Shown here piece by piece: positions 18,269 to 27,662 of a DNA stretch of 64,000 bases (position 1 is its first letter; the number at the start of each line of letters is the position of its first letter). Position numbers and translations under genes: made by a program. The notes under the pieces were generated by a model that was given only the letters and a program-made list of their open reading frames with translations, had not been told where the DNA came from and ran no database searches. The stretch is from an uncultured virus (IMG/VR IMGVR_UViG_3300008113_000015) (taxonomy: Duplodnaviria; Heunggongvirae; Uroviricota; Caudoviricetes): the IMG/VR virus record IMGVR_UViG_3300008113_000015, positions 1-64,000 of that record. The stretch is one strand, 5' to 3'.

Positions 18269-19456
18269 TCAGAGTTCTTTTGGACTATTTACCAAAGTTT
18301 TGTCAATATCTACGTGTTTAATGCCGTCTGAACGATAACGGCTCAGATTGTACATGTGCGGCAGTAACACACGTTCAAGTTCTGAGTGCAGACCACGAGC
18401 ACCTGTTTTGTTTTTAATGGTACGTTCAGCAATGAGATCCAGACTGTCCTTGGTAAACTCTAGGTCAACATCATCCTGCTTGAACAACCACTGATACTGA
18501 CTCACGTAGTTGTGCTTGACTTCTTGCAGAATACGCACAAGATCTGCTTTATCCAGTTCTTGTAGAGCCACCCAAGTAGGAAAGCGCCCAACAAATTCAG
18601 GAATAAGACCAAATCTCACAAGATCATCGGGGGTCGTTTGATCTAGTTGACCCTTGACATCGTCTGTTATTTTAGCCCCAAATCCAATACTGGTGCCTTT
18701 GATGCGATTTTTTACAATGTTGTCTAGTCCCACAAAGGCACCGCCGGCAATGAACAAGATGTTGGTGGTGTCGATTTCCACAGTTTCTCCTGTGGGATGT
18801 TTGCGTCCGCCTTGTGGAACAATACGACATTTGGTACCTTCTACCAACTTCAGCAAGGCCTGCTGGACACCTTCGCCTGACACATCGCGAGTGATACTGG
18901 CGCTTTCGCTTTTGCGACTGATCTTGTCAATCTCGTCCACAAACACAATACCACGCTGTGTTTTTTCAAGGTCAAATCCCGAAGCGGCATACAGCCTTGA
19001 GATCAAACTTTCCACATCATCGCCCACATAGCCTGCTTCGGTCAGGCTGGTAGCATCAGCAATCACAAAAGGCACATCCAGGTAACGTGCTACTGTGCGG
19101 GCCAGCAAGGTCTTGCCTGATCCTGTGGGTCCAAGCATAAGAATGTTGGCTTTTTCAATTTCGGTATTCTTGTCTTGATTGCCAATGCGTTTATAGTGAT
19201 TGGCAATGGCCACGCTGAGTACCATCTTGGCCGCATCCTGACCGATCACATACTGGTCTAGATGGCGACGAATTTCTCTAGGATCAAGGCTGGGACGAGT
19301 TTCAGTATTTGTTACCGGCTGGTCTACTAGTAAATTTTGACAGAGGTCCACGCACTCATTACAAATTGCAACGCTTTCGCCTACAATTAGTTTAGTCACG
19401 TTGTCTTTGTGTTTGCCGCAAAAACTGCAGGTATCAATAGATTTATTTTCGCTCAT
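18269..19456 (-). CDS. clpX: ATP-dependent Clp protease ATP-binding subunit
   Basis: CSFCGK zinc finger, GPTGSGKT, TEAGYVG, DEIDK, RDVSGEGVQQ, IGF loop, GARGL. Confidence 0.97.
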   Translation of the reverse strand: MSENKSIDTCSFCGKHKDNVTKLIVGESVAICNECVDLCQNLLVDQPVTNTETRPSLDPREIRRHLDQYVIGQDAAKMVLSVAIANHYKRIGNQDKNTEIEKANILMLGPTGSGKTLLARTVARYLDVPFVIADATSLTEAGYVGDDVESLISRLYAASGFDLEKTQRGIVFVDEIDKISRKSESASITRDVSGEGVQQALLKLVEGTKCRIVPQGGRKHPTGETVEIDTTNILFIAGGAFVGLDNIVKNRIKGTSIGFGAKITDDVKGQLDQTTPDDLVRFGLIPEFVGRFPTWVALQELDKADLVRILQEVKHNYVSQYQWLFKQDDVDLEFTKDSLDLIAERTIKNKTGARGLHSELERVLLPHMYNLSRYRSDGIKHVDIDKTLVNSPKEL

Positions 19457-20895
19457 GTGTTGGGTTTTGATTCGAGACGTTGTGCTACCTGAATTTGTTC
19501 GCTTTCGCTCAACATTTCAGGGTCGTATTCACCTGTTTCAATTTTGCTAATTAGGTGATCAATATAGGCCATATCGTAAGTATAATTGTCGTTTTGGTTT
19601 TTGTCAACCTGTATCCATTGGTTGCCATTGAATTTATGCAATATATTGGGCACATAATCGGTGTTGATCCAAGTATCGCCTTTGTTTGGATTAGAAGGGA
19701 AAAGAGAACCAAAGCCAAACTGTGGTTTTTGCTCAAGATATTTGATCCATGGCAACTCTGTTATTGACCCACGCTCCAGCAAAGAACGCTGATGCTTCAA
19801 CGTGTCAGTGGGATTTTCTTGTTTCCAACGACTCATTGCCAGTTTCATGTCTGAATCTTCTTCGTCATCTATGTTGTATGACAACTCAGGTTCCTCAATC
19901 AATGGTTCAGGTTTGTGGACTATGGGCTTGAGATCCTTGAAATGAGCAAATCCCTGAGTAAGATAAGGATGTTGCTCTAGTATGGATTTTTCTGGTTCTG
20001 GTTTGTCAGGCGACGGGAACATCCAGCCGGTGGGATGTGGGTCTTGAATAACTGGTTTATCTGCAACAGGCTCTACTTCTGGTTCAGGATCTGATTCAGA
20101 TTTTTGTCCAGGCGCTAGACCAAGACGTTCAAACACTCGCTGTCGTTCCCACTTTAAACTTTCTGTAGCTGCCAACAGCATCATGATGGCCAAGGGATCA
20201 AACACAGCAACAATCACAATGATCACCCAGGTCACTGCTTTTTCCAGCAGATTAGCATCTGGGTTGTCCCCGTAGATCAACTTGGCAATGTATTTGATAG
20301 GGCCTACTTCGGCTTCAACTTTACGTACCTCAGCGGCAATAGGCGCTCGCTCTTCATTAAGCTGACTAATTGTTTTCTGTTCGGCTGCAATCTCGGATTG
20401 AAGTCTAACACGTTCTTTGGCTTGCGTTCTGCGGACCGCCACTGCTTTGTCGGCACCCGTTTCCGTAGTACTGCGACCCATAATCTGGTCGACAGCTTCA
20501 TCCATTTGTTTAAGAGCTTTGCGGTTTGCATCTATATTGTCCTTTGCTGTCTTAATCTTTTCGTCGTACACTGCAACCTTGGCCTGCACGTCTCCGCCCA
20601 CTAGGCTTTGGTCGCTGTGTGCTTTCGACAAGAAACCAAAAATGCCCATTGACGTGATCAGCATCAGCACAGCCACGGCAGGCACCAAGTAAGCTTTCAT
20701 CAAGAATCGGCACTGTCGCCAGTATTCGTGCAGCCACAATGTGACCACAACCTTGCCCACCTCCAATATGCCGCCCATCACAATAATAGGGATTACAGCC
20801 GCGGCAAAAATTGCAGTGAGACCTGCAATGCTGTAATAGGCGGCAATGACTGACAAACTCAGTGCTACTGCCAGTGTAACGTAGCTGAGAAACAT
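19453..20895 (-). CDS. membrane protein with long coiled coil
   Basis: Three N-terminal TM segments, coiled coil, further TM; start corrected to MFLSY. Confidence 0.7.
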   Translation of the reverse strand: MFLSYVTLAVALSLSVIAAYYSIAGLTAIFAAAVIPIIVMGGILEVGKVVVTLWLHEYWRQCRFLMKAYLVPAVAVLMLITSMGIFGFLSKAHSDQSLVGGDVQAKVAVYDEKIKTAKDNIDANRKALKQMDEAVDQIMGRSTTETGADKAVAVRRTQAKERVRLQSEIAAEQKTISQLNEERAPIAAEVRKVEAEVGPIKYIAKLIYGDNPDANLLEKAVTWVIIVIVAVFDPLAIMMLLAATESLKWERQRVFERLGLAPGQKSESDPEPEVEPVADKPVIQDPHPTGWMFPSPDKPEPEKSILEQHPYLTQGFAHFKDLKPIVHKPEPLIEEPELSYNIDDEEDSDMKLAMSRWKQENPTDTLKHQRSLLERGSITELPWIKYLEQKPQFGFGSLFPSNPNKGDTWINTDYVPNILHKFNGNQWIQVDKNQNDNYTYDMAYIDHLISKIETGEYDPEMLSESEQIQVAQRLESKPNT

Positions 20896-20899
20896 AAGA

Positions 20900-21220
20900 T
20901 TATTTATTGGTGGCACCAACTACCCTAACGGCTAATTTTACACTGATCCAACTGGCAAAGCTAGCGTCAGGAACATCAAACCATACATTGATCTTCTTGC
21001 GCTCCCAGTTGTTTTCAAGTTTGCGTTTTATACGACTTTGGCCAGACCAATTGCCGTGGCCAAAAACTCGTTGTGCTTCGCGGATGATAGAGTACCACTG
21101 TTTTGCACTCTCTAATTCAACCACGATGCGGCATAGGTGCATAGCGTCGGTCGTTGTTTTAAGCGGGTCAAGAGACTGCAACGTGCTATTGCTAGCAGAG
21201 GTTTCAATATTAACAGACAT
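20900..21220 (-). CDS. hypothetical protein
   Basis: AAAGGA RBS immediately after the structured RNA. Confidence 0.65.
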   Translation of the reverse strand: MSVNIETSASNSTLQSLDPLKTTTDAMHLCRIVVELESAKQWYSIIREAQRVFGHGNWSGQSRIKRKLENNWERKKINVWFDVPDASFASWISVKLAVRVVGATNK

Positions 21221-21415
21221 AAAGTCCTTTCACTGTTGGTTCCTACTGGGCTTACACTCGGGTACCAGCCGAGTTTTGACTTGCGTCTAGGACAGTGCCA
21301 CACCTCGTGGACTTACGCTGAAGAGCCACGGTGCATGTAAGGATCGATTCAAAGAGCTCACCCCCACAACCGTTCAGCCGCACACCATATCCTGGCCAGG
21401 TCCGACACTATGCAA
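21221..21415 (-). ncRNA. candidate structured RNA (long leader or sRNA) of unknown class
   Basis: GC-rich non-coding gap behind a promoter; multiple stems, GCAA tetraloop, two potential pseudoknots. Confidence 0.55.
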
Positions 21416-21420
21416 TAAAC

Positions 21421-21449
21421 ATTTTACAGAAATAGTCGATGATTGTCAA
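21421..21449 (-). promoter_or_regulatory. sigma70 promoter
   Basis: TTGACA-N17-TAAAAT with TG extension. Confidence 0.85.
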
Positions 21450-22354
21450 GAAAATTCTGCAACAATTTGATCTAATTCTTCTATCAAGAAGTGGTCATCG
21501 GGATTGTAAGCAACTCCTTGCCAACGCTTGACCTTGATTGGTTCTTCGGGTTTCCAATCATTATACCAATATTCACCGTTCCAGCCGGCGTGGTATTCAT
21601 GACCAGTTTGAGTCTCAACGTTGTATTTGCCCTCACGCACAGGTTTGACTTTTGAAGGGAACCAATCAGTCAATTTGTACTTGATGTCGTCCATGTCGCG
21701 GTAGCGTTCGTATCCTGAGCCTTTGCTGGAGCCAGCAATGTAGAACGCATGATCAGAACCTTTGCCATTGGTATCGCCACCGTAGTTGTCCAGTTCCTGA
21801 TCATCGTATTCCACGCCAACTACAATTTCGTTTGCGTCAAAATCACAAAGGTTCAACAACAGTTTTTCGGGGTCAAAAGGTTCTGTGAGTTCAATATCGG
21901 CTTCAAAAAAAGTACCCTTGTCGGATGTATAGCCAAAATACACAACAGTGCCAGGTGGTTGACTGTCAATCCAGACTTCTTCAAATGTGCTGAGTTGCAC
22001 ATCACACCCATCTAGGCCAGACAGATCTCGTTCGTAGACCACAGTACCATTTTCGTCAAGAACCTGCATGGTGCCTGCGTTACGGTCAACACCACTAACA
22101 TGTCCAACGTCGTCGCAGTCATAGTATGATCCTGGTTCAAATGGTCGCATGTCTTCAGGAACATCATCAAACTCATCTCCACCCCAGGCATAGTCGGGTA
22201 CACTGAGTCTGTGTTCTCTAAAGTAGTCGTAGATTTCACGTGACACCGTGCCCATCACATACTCACCACCATAGCCCCACAGTTGGATTTTGTAGGTGCG
22301 TGGAGTGAATTTCAAATGTGCAATGAGCTTTTCTTGTTCTTCAATTGTGGCCAT
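21446..22354 (-). CDS. acidic hypothetical protein
   Basis: 302-aa ORF. Confidence 0.75.
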   Translation of the reverse strand: MATIEEQEKLIAHLKFTPRTYKIQLWGYGGEYVMGTVSREIYDYFREHRLSVPDYAWGGDEFDDVPEDMRPFEPGSYYDCDDVGHVSGVDRNAGTMQVLDENGTVVYERDLSGLDGCDVQLSTFEEVWIDSQPPGTVVYFGYTSDKGTFFEADIELTEPFDPEKLLLNLCDFDANEIVVGVEYDDQELDNYGGDTNGKGSDHAFYIAGSSKGSGYERYRDMDDIKYKLTDWFPSKVKPVREGKYNVETQTGHEYHAGWNGEYWYNDWKPEEPIKVKRWQGVAYNPDDHFLIEELDQIVAEFS

Positions 22355-22808
22355 TATCTTTTTCCTTTACAAGTTTGCATACCAGCTGAAACTGTTCGTA
22401 GGCGTCACGAACAGCAGGGTGTGTCATGAGTTTATCTGCTTCGGCCTGCATGGCCTGCACCCCAGCTTCGGCACAGTCGCGCACACTGAGCCCATACAAG
22501 GTGCATAGTTCATCGCCCATTTCTTTGGCTAACTTGCGCCATGATTTTTGTTGTGCTTCTGTGATTGGGGTTTTCTGAGGACGTAGTTCTGCGGCTTTGT
22601 TGATAGCACGACAAATAGCATCTTCTGCGTAACGCCCTGCGGCAATCATAGGAGCAAGTGCTGGGTCAATGTTAAACCTACGACTAATCCCACCAGGATA
22701 CACCATCACAAGGTGATTGCCTTTGTGAAAACTGTCCATGAGATCACTGTCGTATTCTGCCACAGGTCTGTACCTGCGACCTTCTTTAGTGTAGTAAATT
22801 TTTTTCAT
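22341..22808 (-). CDS. hypothetical protein
   Basis: Coupled ORF; start corrected to MKKIYY. Confidence 0.7.
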   Translation of the reverse strand: MKKIYYTKEGRRYRPVAEYDSDLMDSFHKGNHLVMVYPGGISRRFNIDPALAPMIAAGRYAEDAICRAINKAAELRPQKTPITEAQQKSWRKLAKEMGDELCTLYGLSVRDCAEAGVQAMQAEADKLMTHPAVRDAYEQFQLVCKLVKEKDNGHN

Positions 22809-23119
22809 TACAACCATGCATGGCATGACCATGTATTAAGATATCGCATACTGCCGTTAAATGTACCAAAATGTTTTTTGTGAAAGTTATCATACGCCTT
22901 CTGCCATTTCTTTTGAATAGGCTCAGGACTGTGACAAGCAAGATAGTGCAAGCGACCAAACTGTCGGAAGACTATCTTCCGGTTGATCCTATATCCTACA
23001 GGATACCATTCTACACGGCTCTGCCAGTTGTAGTTGTCAGTGTGACCATACAGTCTACGCATCTTCATGATGCGTTTGGTATTCATGCTAGAACTAGGAC
23101 GAAACTTATTTGCGTTCAT
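22808..23119 (-). CDS. basic hypothetical protein
   Basis: Coupled ORF. Confidence 0.6.
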   Translation of the reverse strand: MNANKFRPSSSMNTKRIMKMRRLYGHTDNYNWQSRVEWYPVGYRINRKIVFRQFGRLHYLACHSPEPIQKKWQKAYDNFHKKHFGTFNGSMRYLNTWSCHAWL

Positions 23120-23541
23120 TGGTAGTTCTTGTCCAATTTGGTGTTGGTGAGACCAGCCAGCATTTGAAATTGATCCCAGGCTTCTTTTACAGCTGGACGA
23201 GTTTCTAGTTCTGAATCCGGCAACACAGTTTCCAACCAGATTTCGCGACGGCGTGGTGGATGAAACCCAAACTTGCGAGGCTGGTGCAGTTTGCCTGATT
23301 CCCAGAGTTCAATGCTGACTTCACGAAAACGAGCTTCGTCTGTGTAGCCGTCCCATTCAGGAGTACTCCACCCACCACCTAGATTCTGGCCACCACCGTA
23401 GCCTTGCCAGATGCTGGTCCATTGTTCGTCAATGCGTGGATCAAAGTCAGTGCGAGTGATCAACACCAACACATCGCGAATGTCAACTGTGCCGTCCACG
23501 ATGTCACGCACACATCGACTGTAGCTGAGTCCAATTTTCAT
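23116..23541 (-). CDS. hypothetical protein
   Basis: Coupled ORF MKIGLSYSRCVRDIV. Confidence 0.7.
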   Translation of the reverse strand: MKIGLSYSRCVRDIVDGTVDIRDVLVLITRTDFDPRIDEQWTSIWQGYGGGQNLGGGWSTPEWDGYTDEARFREVSIELWESGKLHQPRKFGFHPPRRREIWLETVLPDSELETRPAVKEAWDQFQMLAGLTNTKLDKNYQ

Positions 23542-23543
23542 TG

Positions 23544-23774
23544 TTATTCTCCAAAATACTTGATCACAGCATCCAGGTGATGGACCATGATTTCGTTTAT
23601 GCTCACATCTTCAGGGTGCATCCACACGCCGCTAGGATTGGCGTCGGTCCGAGGATTCTTTTTCCACTCCTTGAGTTCTTTCTTGAGATAGGTTCTCTGC
23701 TCTTTGAGTGTGAGCACAGTGATTCGATCAGCGGCTTCGCCGTCCAGTGTGATAGGTCCAATTCGTTTGCTCAT
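23544..23774 (-). CDS. hypothetical protein
   Basis: Coupled ORF. Confidence 0.65.
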   Translation of the reverse strand: MSKRIGPITLDGEAADRITVLTLKEQRTYLKKELKEWKKNPRTDANPSGVWMHPEDVSINEIMVHHLDAVIKYFGE

Positions 23775-25141
23775 AATTTTTCTCCTGGTTCAAAGCCACG
23801 GAATCGTTTGTGACGGGGGAATCTCAGTGAGTATGTTCCGTCTTGGTTTTGCGTAACTGCGTCAGCTTCAACTTCACCAATGACGCCAAGTAGGCGATCC
23901 CGTGCGGCCCAAAACTCATCACGATCGCTATCGCTATAGCCAGTACCAACATTAACCCGAATATTTCTGTCATTGTCAACTCCTTCGTAAATTATAGCAC
24001 CTAACCGGCCTGCATTGCGACCAGTTCCTTCTTCAAAACCCACAATGGTCAAGTCCACTGTGATAGTAGGCTTCCATTTCATCCAAGAATCTGAACGCTT
24101 GCAGATGTAAGGTGCACCGAGCTCCTTGATCATAATGCCTTCGTAACCTTGTTCCACACTGGCTTCGGCAAAGCGGCGCATGACGTCATGACCTTCTGCT
24201 GTGTCCAAATCCACATTCATGCCGGGCATGATCTGCACACAACCGTCCTCGGGCAGGGTGGATTTGGCACTTTCAAGCCACTCCAAGCGAGCCTGCTGTT
24301 TTACATTCCAGTGTCCTTCTTCCAACGCATCCAAGGGCAAGATATCAAATACATGATAAACCATGCCATCTGTCTTGGCATCGCTTTTGCGGTGTGCCTG
24401 CTTCATGAGCTTTTGAAAGCTTTCGCCCACAATCTCACCATCCAGCACAAAGTTGCCGCCGGTGCCACGACCATATTGGAATGCCTTGCGAGCATCTTCT
24501 ACAGCTTCGGCAATCTGCGGAAAGTTTTCAAAGATCTTGCCGTTGCGACTGTACAGTGTGCAAGTGGCACCCTGTACCACAGCAATCACACGCACACCAT
24601 CCAGTTTGACTTCCAGGCGCTTGATACCTTTGAGCTTTTGCTGTTGATCTGAACTGTCCTGTGCTAACTGACAAGTAAACACAGGAATCTTCCAGTCAGT
24701 TTTGCCCAGTACTTTGTTCAAGGTCTTTTCTGAGATGCCGCAACGCAGATCTTTGATGATCACACGACGAGCAAGGCCGTTCCATTCTTCACTGTCGAAC
24801 TGCTCTGACATTTCCTTGATAGCGTCACGAGCACGACCGCCAGTGATACCACGTGTTCGCAGATCTTCCAACATGGCCCAAAAACGAGTCCAAGGATTGG
24901 CACGACCTTCAAGGCCTTGAGTTTCTGGCACTTGCCGAACCCCAAACACATAGAACGGATTGTAAGCCTGGTAACAGTTGAAAAGAAAACACTGGGCGTC
25001 TGCTGAACCCAGCTTGGCCGCTATGAGTGCTTTTTCAATTACTGATTCTTTGTGGAGCCGGCTGTCAGAGCTTTCTAAGTCGCGAATCCAACCTGCGGCC
25101 ATTGCCCCATCAAACCTTTCGTTGCTGTAATCTACTGTCAT
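23771..25141 (-). CDS. ATP-dependent DNA ligase
   Basis: KLDGVR, LDGEI, VFD, EGIMIK, KWK, LRFP. Confidence 0.95.
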   Translation of the reverse strand: MTVDYSNERFDGAMAAGWIRDLESSDSRLHKESVIEKALIAAKLGSADAQCFLFNCYQAYNPFYVFGVRQVPETQGLEGRANPWTRFWAMLEDLRTRGITGGRARDAIKEMSEQFDSEEWNGLARRVIIKDLRCGISEKTLNKVLGKTDWKIPVFTCQLAQDSSDQQQKLKGIKRLEVKLDGVRVIAVVQGATCTLYSRNGKIFENFPQIAEAVEDARKAFQYGRGTGGNFVLDGEIVGESFQKLMKQAHRKSDAKTDGMVYHVFDILPLDALEEGHWNVKQQARLEWLESAKSTLPEDGCVQIMPGMNVDLDTAEGHDVMRRFAEASVEQGYEGIMIKELGAPYICKRSDSWMKWKPTITVDLTIVGFEEGTGRNAGRLGAIIYEGVDNDRNIRVNVGTGYSDSDRDEFWAARDRLLGVIGEVEADAVTQNQDGTYSLRFPRHKRFRGFEPGEKL

Positions 25142-25151
25142 ATTTAAGACC

Positions 25152-25565
25152 TTACCATGAGCTATTATAAAACACTTTTAGACCCAAGAACAATTCTGCT
25201 CGGGCATTTTTAATAAATTCAAGATCATGATCGTAGTAGTGCTGATCTGAGTCGTTGCCAAAAAAGAATCCAGCTGTCGAAGGCAGTTGGCGCTTCTTAA
25301 TTGTGTGCTCTAGCTGATCTAAATCTTCAGCAGTGAGTTCGAGTTCAATGCCGTTGAAAGTATCATACTCTAAATTTTTTTGTTCTGCGAGCTTTTCCAT
25401 CCAGCCATGCAGGTTAGGATGTTTACGCCAGTAAGCAATCTCACGTGGCTTGGTCACTGTGTTGTTTTCGAATTCGCGAGTTGTTTCGTTAAACTCAGCG
25501 CCTTCGTAGTATTCCTCTTGTTGACCTGCCCTAGTGGCCACATAAGCATACATGTCGAGACCCAT
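25152..25565 (-). CDS. conserved phage hypothetical protein
   Basis: MGLDMY...YWRKHPNLHGWM...GFFFG...YNSSW. Confidence 0.75.
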   Translation of the reverse strand: MGLDMYAYVATRAGQQEEYYEGAEFNETTREFENNTVTKPREIAYWRKHPNLHGWMEKLAEQKNLEYDTFNGIELELTAEDLDQLEHTIKKRQLPSTAGFFFGNDSDQHYYDHDLEFIKNARAELFLGLKVFYNSSW

Positions 25566-25723
25566 TATTTTTCTCCTTGTTGATGCCGGTACTCACGCTT
25601 GAGCCACCAGCGATATCGTTGAAAGTAAACTTGCATTGGATAGGTAGGCAAACTACCTGTCCATTCTTCTATTTCCAAACAGTGGCTATACCACTGTTGT
25701 TGCAACCAAGTCCGAAATGTCAT
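25565..25723 (-). CDS. 52-aa Trp-rich hypothetical protein (not in ORF track)
   Basis: MTFRTWLQQQWYSHCLEIEEW...RWWLKREY; coupled at both ends. Confidence 0.65.
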   Translation of the reverse strand: MTFRTWLQQQWYSHCLEIEEWTGSLPTYPMQVYFQRYRWWLKREYRHQQGEK

Positions 25724-25992
25724 GCCGCCTCCAACATGTTAGCAGGCACATTGAACACGCCACCGGGGGTGTTGACCAGGATATACTTGATCTTGACTTT
25801 GCGTACAGTGCCAACATAGGTCAGACCGTTGCGGTTGCTGGTAAACTTCACAGAGTCTCCAAGTTGGAATGCTCGTTTGTTTTGTTTGGTCAGTTGCGAA
25901 CGGGCAAACTTCACAGCATCGATCACACTCGACAACTCAGTGTTGGTCAATTTACCAAACATGATAGCAGAATTGATTGCGTTGACGTCCAT
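25720..25992 (-). CDS. small SH3/KOW-like early protein
   Basis: FQLGDSVKF...GTVRKV; AGGAGCC RBS. Confidence 0.7.
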   Translation of the reverse strand: MDVNAINSAIMFGKLTNTELSSVIDAVKFARSQLTKQNKRAFQLGDSVKFTSNRNGLTYVGTVRKVKIKYILVNTPGGVFNVPANMLEAA

Positions 25993-26024
25993 TTTGGGCT
26001 CCTGTTTTGTTACGCTATGTCATT

Positions 26025-26053
26025 ATTATAGCAAAACGGGAATATTCAGTCAA
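26025..26053 (-). promoter_or_regulatory. sigma70-type early promoter
   Basis: TTGACT-N17-TATAAT. Confidence 0.85.
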
Positions 26054-26081
26054 CCGTGCAAAAGTAGTACTAAAGTACTAG

Positions 26082-27662
26082 TTAAATGGGTATTGTTTTG
26101 AAAGTAGTGCTGACAACTTCGCCCGATGCATAGCGAACAGACAGCTTATTTGAATCACTGATAGGAGGAGATACCAGCGACGAGTATACTCGATATCCGT
26201 TGGCGTCAAAGGTGCCCGAACCTGTGGGCCAGGTGCTGGTCCAACTGGTGCTCCAAGTAAATTCTGTGCTGGGCGGTCCTCTAAAGGTCACAGTTACCGG
26301 GGTTCCGTACACAGTTTCGTTCACGCTGTTGAACCATCCGTCCTGTGTTACCGTAGCAGTCTTTGGATAGTTAGTAGCAACAATTTCTAAATTTATAGAG
26401 TCAGACCTGGTAGGGCCACCGGGCTGGCTAGCAGTCATAGTCAATAAAACAACACCCAAGTTGGGAATCAGCCATCCTGGTACTTGAATTTGAACGCCGT
26501 TGCCATTGTTTAGGTCAATGCCAGGAAGTGTGACATAACTGCCTGCTGAAGTAGACAATGTGACTCGAGTGTTTGCGTCTGATGGCTGAACCACAGCATT
26601 GATCCAGAACGAAGAATTTTGAATCAACGTAGTCGACACATTGCCGGGCTGTTGAGTCGATGCCTGTTGCTCATAAACTTGTGCTATTCGTACCACAGCA
26701 GGTGCAGACAAGGATGTACTGGTAGAGGTTGGCGGCACCAATGGATTGAGCTGTTGCGATTCCACCAACTGTCTTGCTTCTGCTACAGTGTACGAAACGC
26801 TAAAAGGATTTGATGTGGTTTGATATTTAGGCAACGGTAACGTCACACTGGGTTGACCCAGATCAGACACTGCACTGGGAGGAGGCAATACACTGGTCTG
26901 CAAAATTGGTGTGCCTGTACTGCTCGGCAATCCAGGCCAGTCGTTAGACACACTGAATCCTCCCACTGGAATTCCAGCTTCGTTGAGTGTTGATTGATTC
27001 TTACCTTCACGAATAGCACCTACCACAGCCTGTCCTGCCTGAGTGCTAGTGTTGGCAATTTTCAACATGTAGTCATACTGCCCGCTGGGTGTGTTATAGT
27101 TGCCCACTTGAGCCAAGGTAGACACCAAACTGTAAACTGCTGACGGACTTCCAGCAGCCTCTGCATCGTAGTTAATGCCAGCAGCGTTTTGAAAATTTGC
27201 TTCTGATACGATTCTTTGGCAAACAGCATTGAAATTTTCATTCATTACTGTGGTCTGAACAGGATAGGTTGCTATCAGCGCAACAATTTCAGCATTGGCA
27301 GCTGGAATCAAACCTGTTGTAAAAGCAGTGTCAGCATCAGCATAGGTTCCGGCTGCAGGACCCGAAGGTATCACAATAGGTCCGCCCACTGGTCCAAATG
27401 TGCCTTGCACACAGGCCTTCATGTTATCATACACAGCTTTTAGATTGAGCAAAGTTATGCTGTTAAGAGCACTGGTAGCTTGATTCAACGCATTAGTAGC
27501 TACCGCACCGCTGGCAATGCCAATAATGTCTGTTACAGTAGGGACACCAAAGTCACCTGATCCAGTGGCTACATTGGCACGAATGTAGGAATTCACCGCT
27601 GTGGGCACAGGCGCAGCTAAATTTTCAATTAAATTTAACCCTTTGAGTGTGTCTATGCTCAT
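26082..27662 (-). CDS. putative virion protein (possibly the C-terminal part of a split gene)
   Basis: Ala/Ser/Thr/Gly-rich; downstream of PAAR; beta-rich C-terminus. Confidence 0.6.
   Translation of the reverse strand: MSIDTLKGLNLIENLAAPVPTAVNSYIRANVATGSGDFGVPTVTDIIGIASGAVATNALNQATSALNSITLLNLKAVYDNMKACVQGTFGPVGGPIVIPSGPAAGTYADADTAFTTGLIPAANAEIVALIATYPVQTTVMNENFNAVCQRIVSEANFQNAAGINYDAEAAGSPSAVYSLVSTLAQVGNYNTPSGQYDYMLKIANTSTQAGQAVVGAIREGKNQSTLNEAGIPVGGFSVSNDWPGLPSSTGTPILQTSVLPPPSAVSDLGQPSVTLPLPKYQTTSNPFSVSYTVAEARQLVESQQLNPLVPPTSTSTSLSAPAVVRIAQVYEQQASTQQPGNVSTTLIQNSSFWINAVVQPSDANTRVTLSTSAGSYVTLPGIDLNNGNGVQIQVPGWLIPNLGVVLLTMTASQPGGPTRSDSINLEIVATNYPKTATVTQDGWFNSVNETVYGTPVTVTFRGPPSTEFTWSTSWTSTWPTGSGTFDANGYRVYSSLVSPPISDSNKLSVRYASGEVVSTTFKTIPI

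Noticed and set aside
21318..21324. CUGAAGA hammerhead-like core on the + strand
   Set aside because: No stem II followed by GAAA, and the promoter drives the opposite strand
21287..21388. Possible selenopeptide MVCG-TGA-TVV... in the structured gap
   Set aside because: Short, no recognisable selenoprotein motif, and no sel machinery in the window
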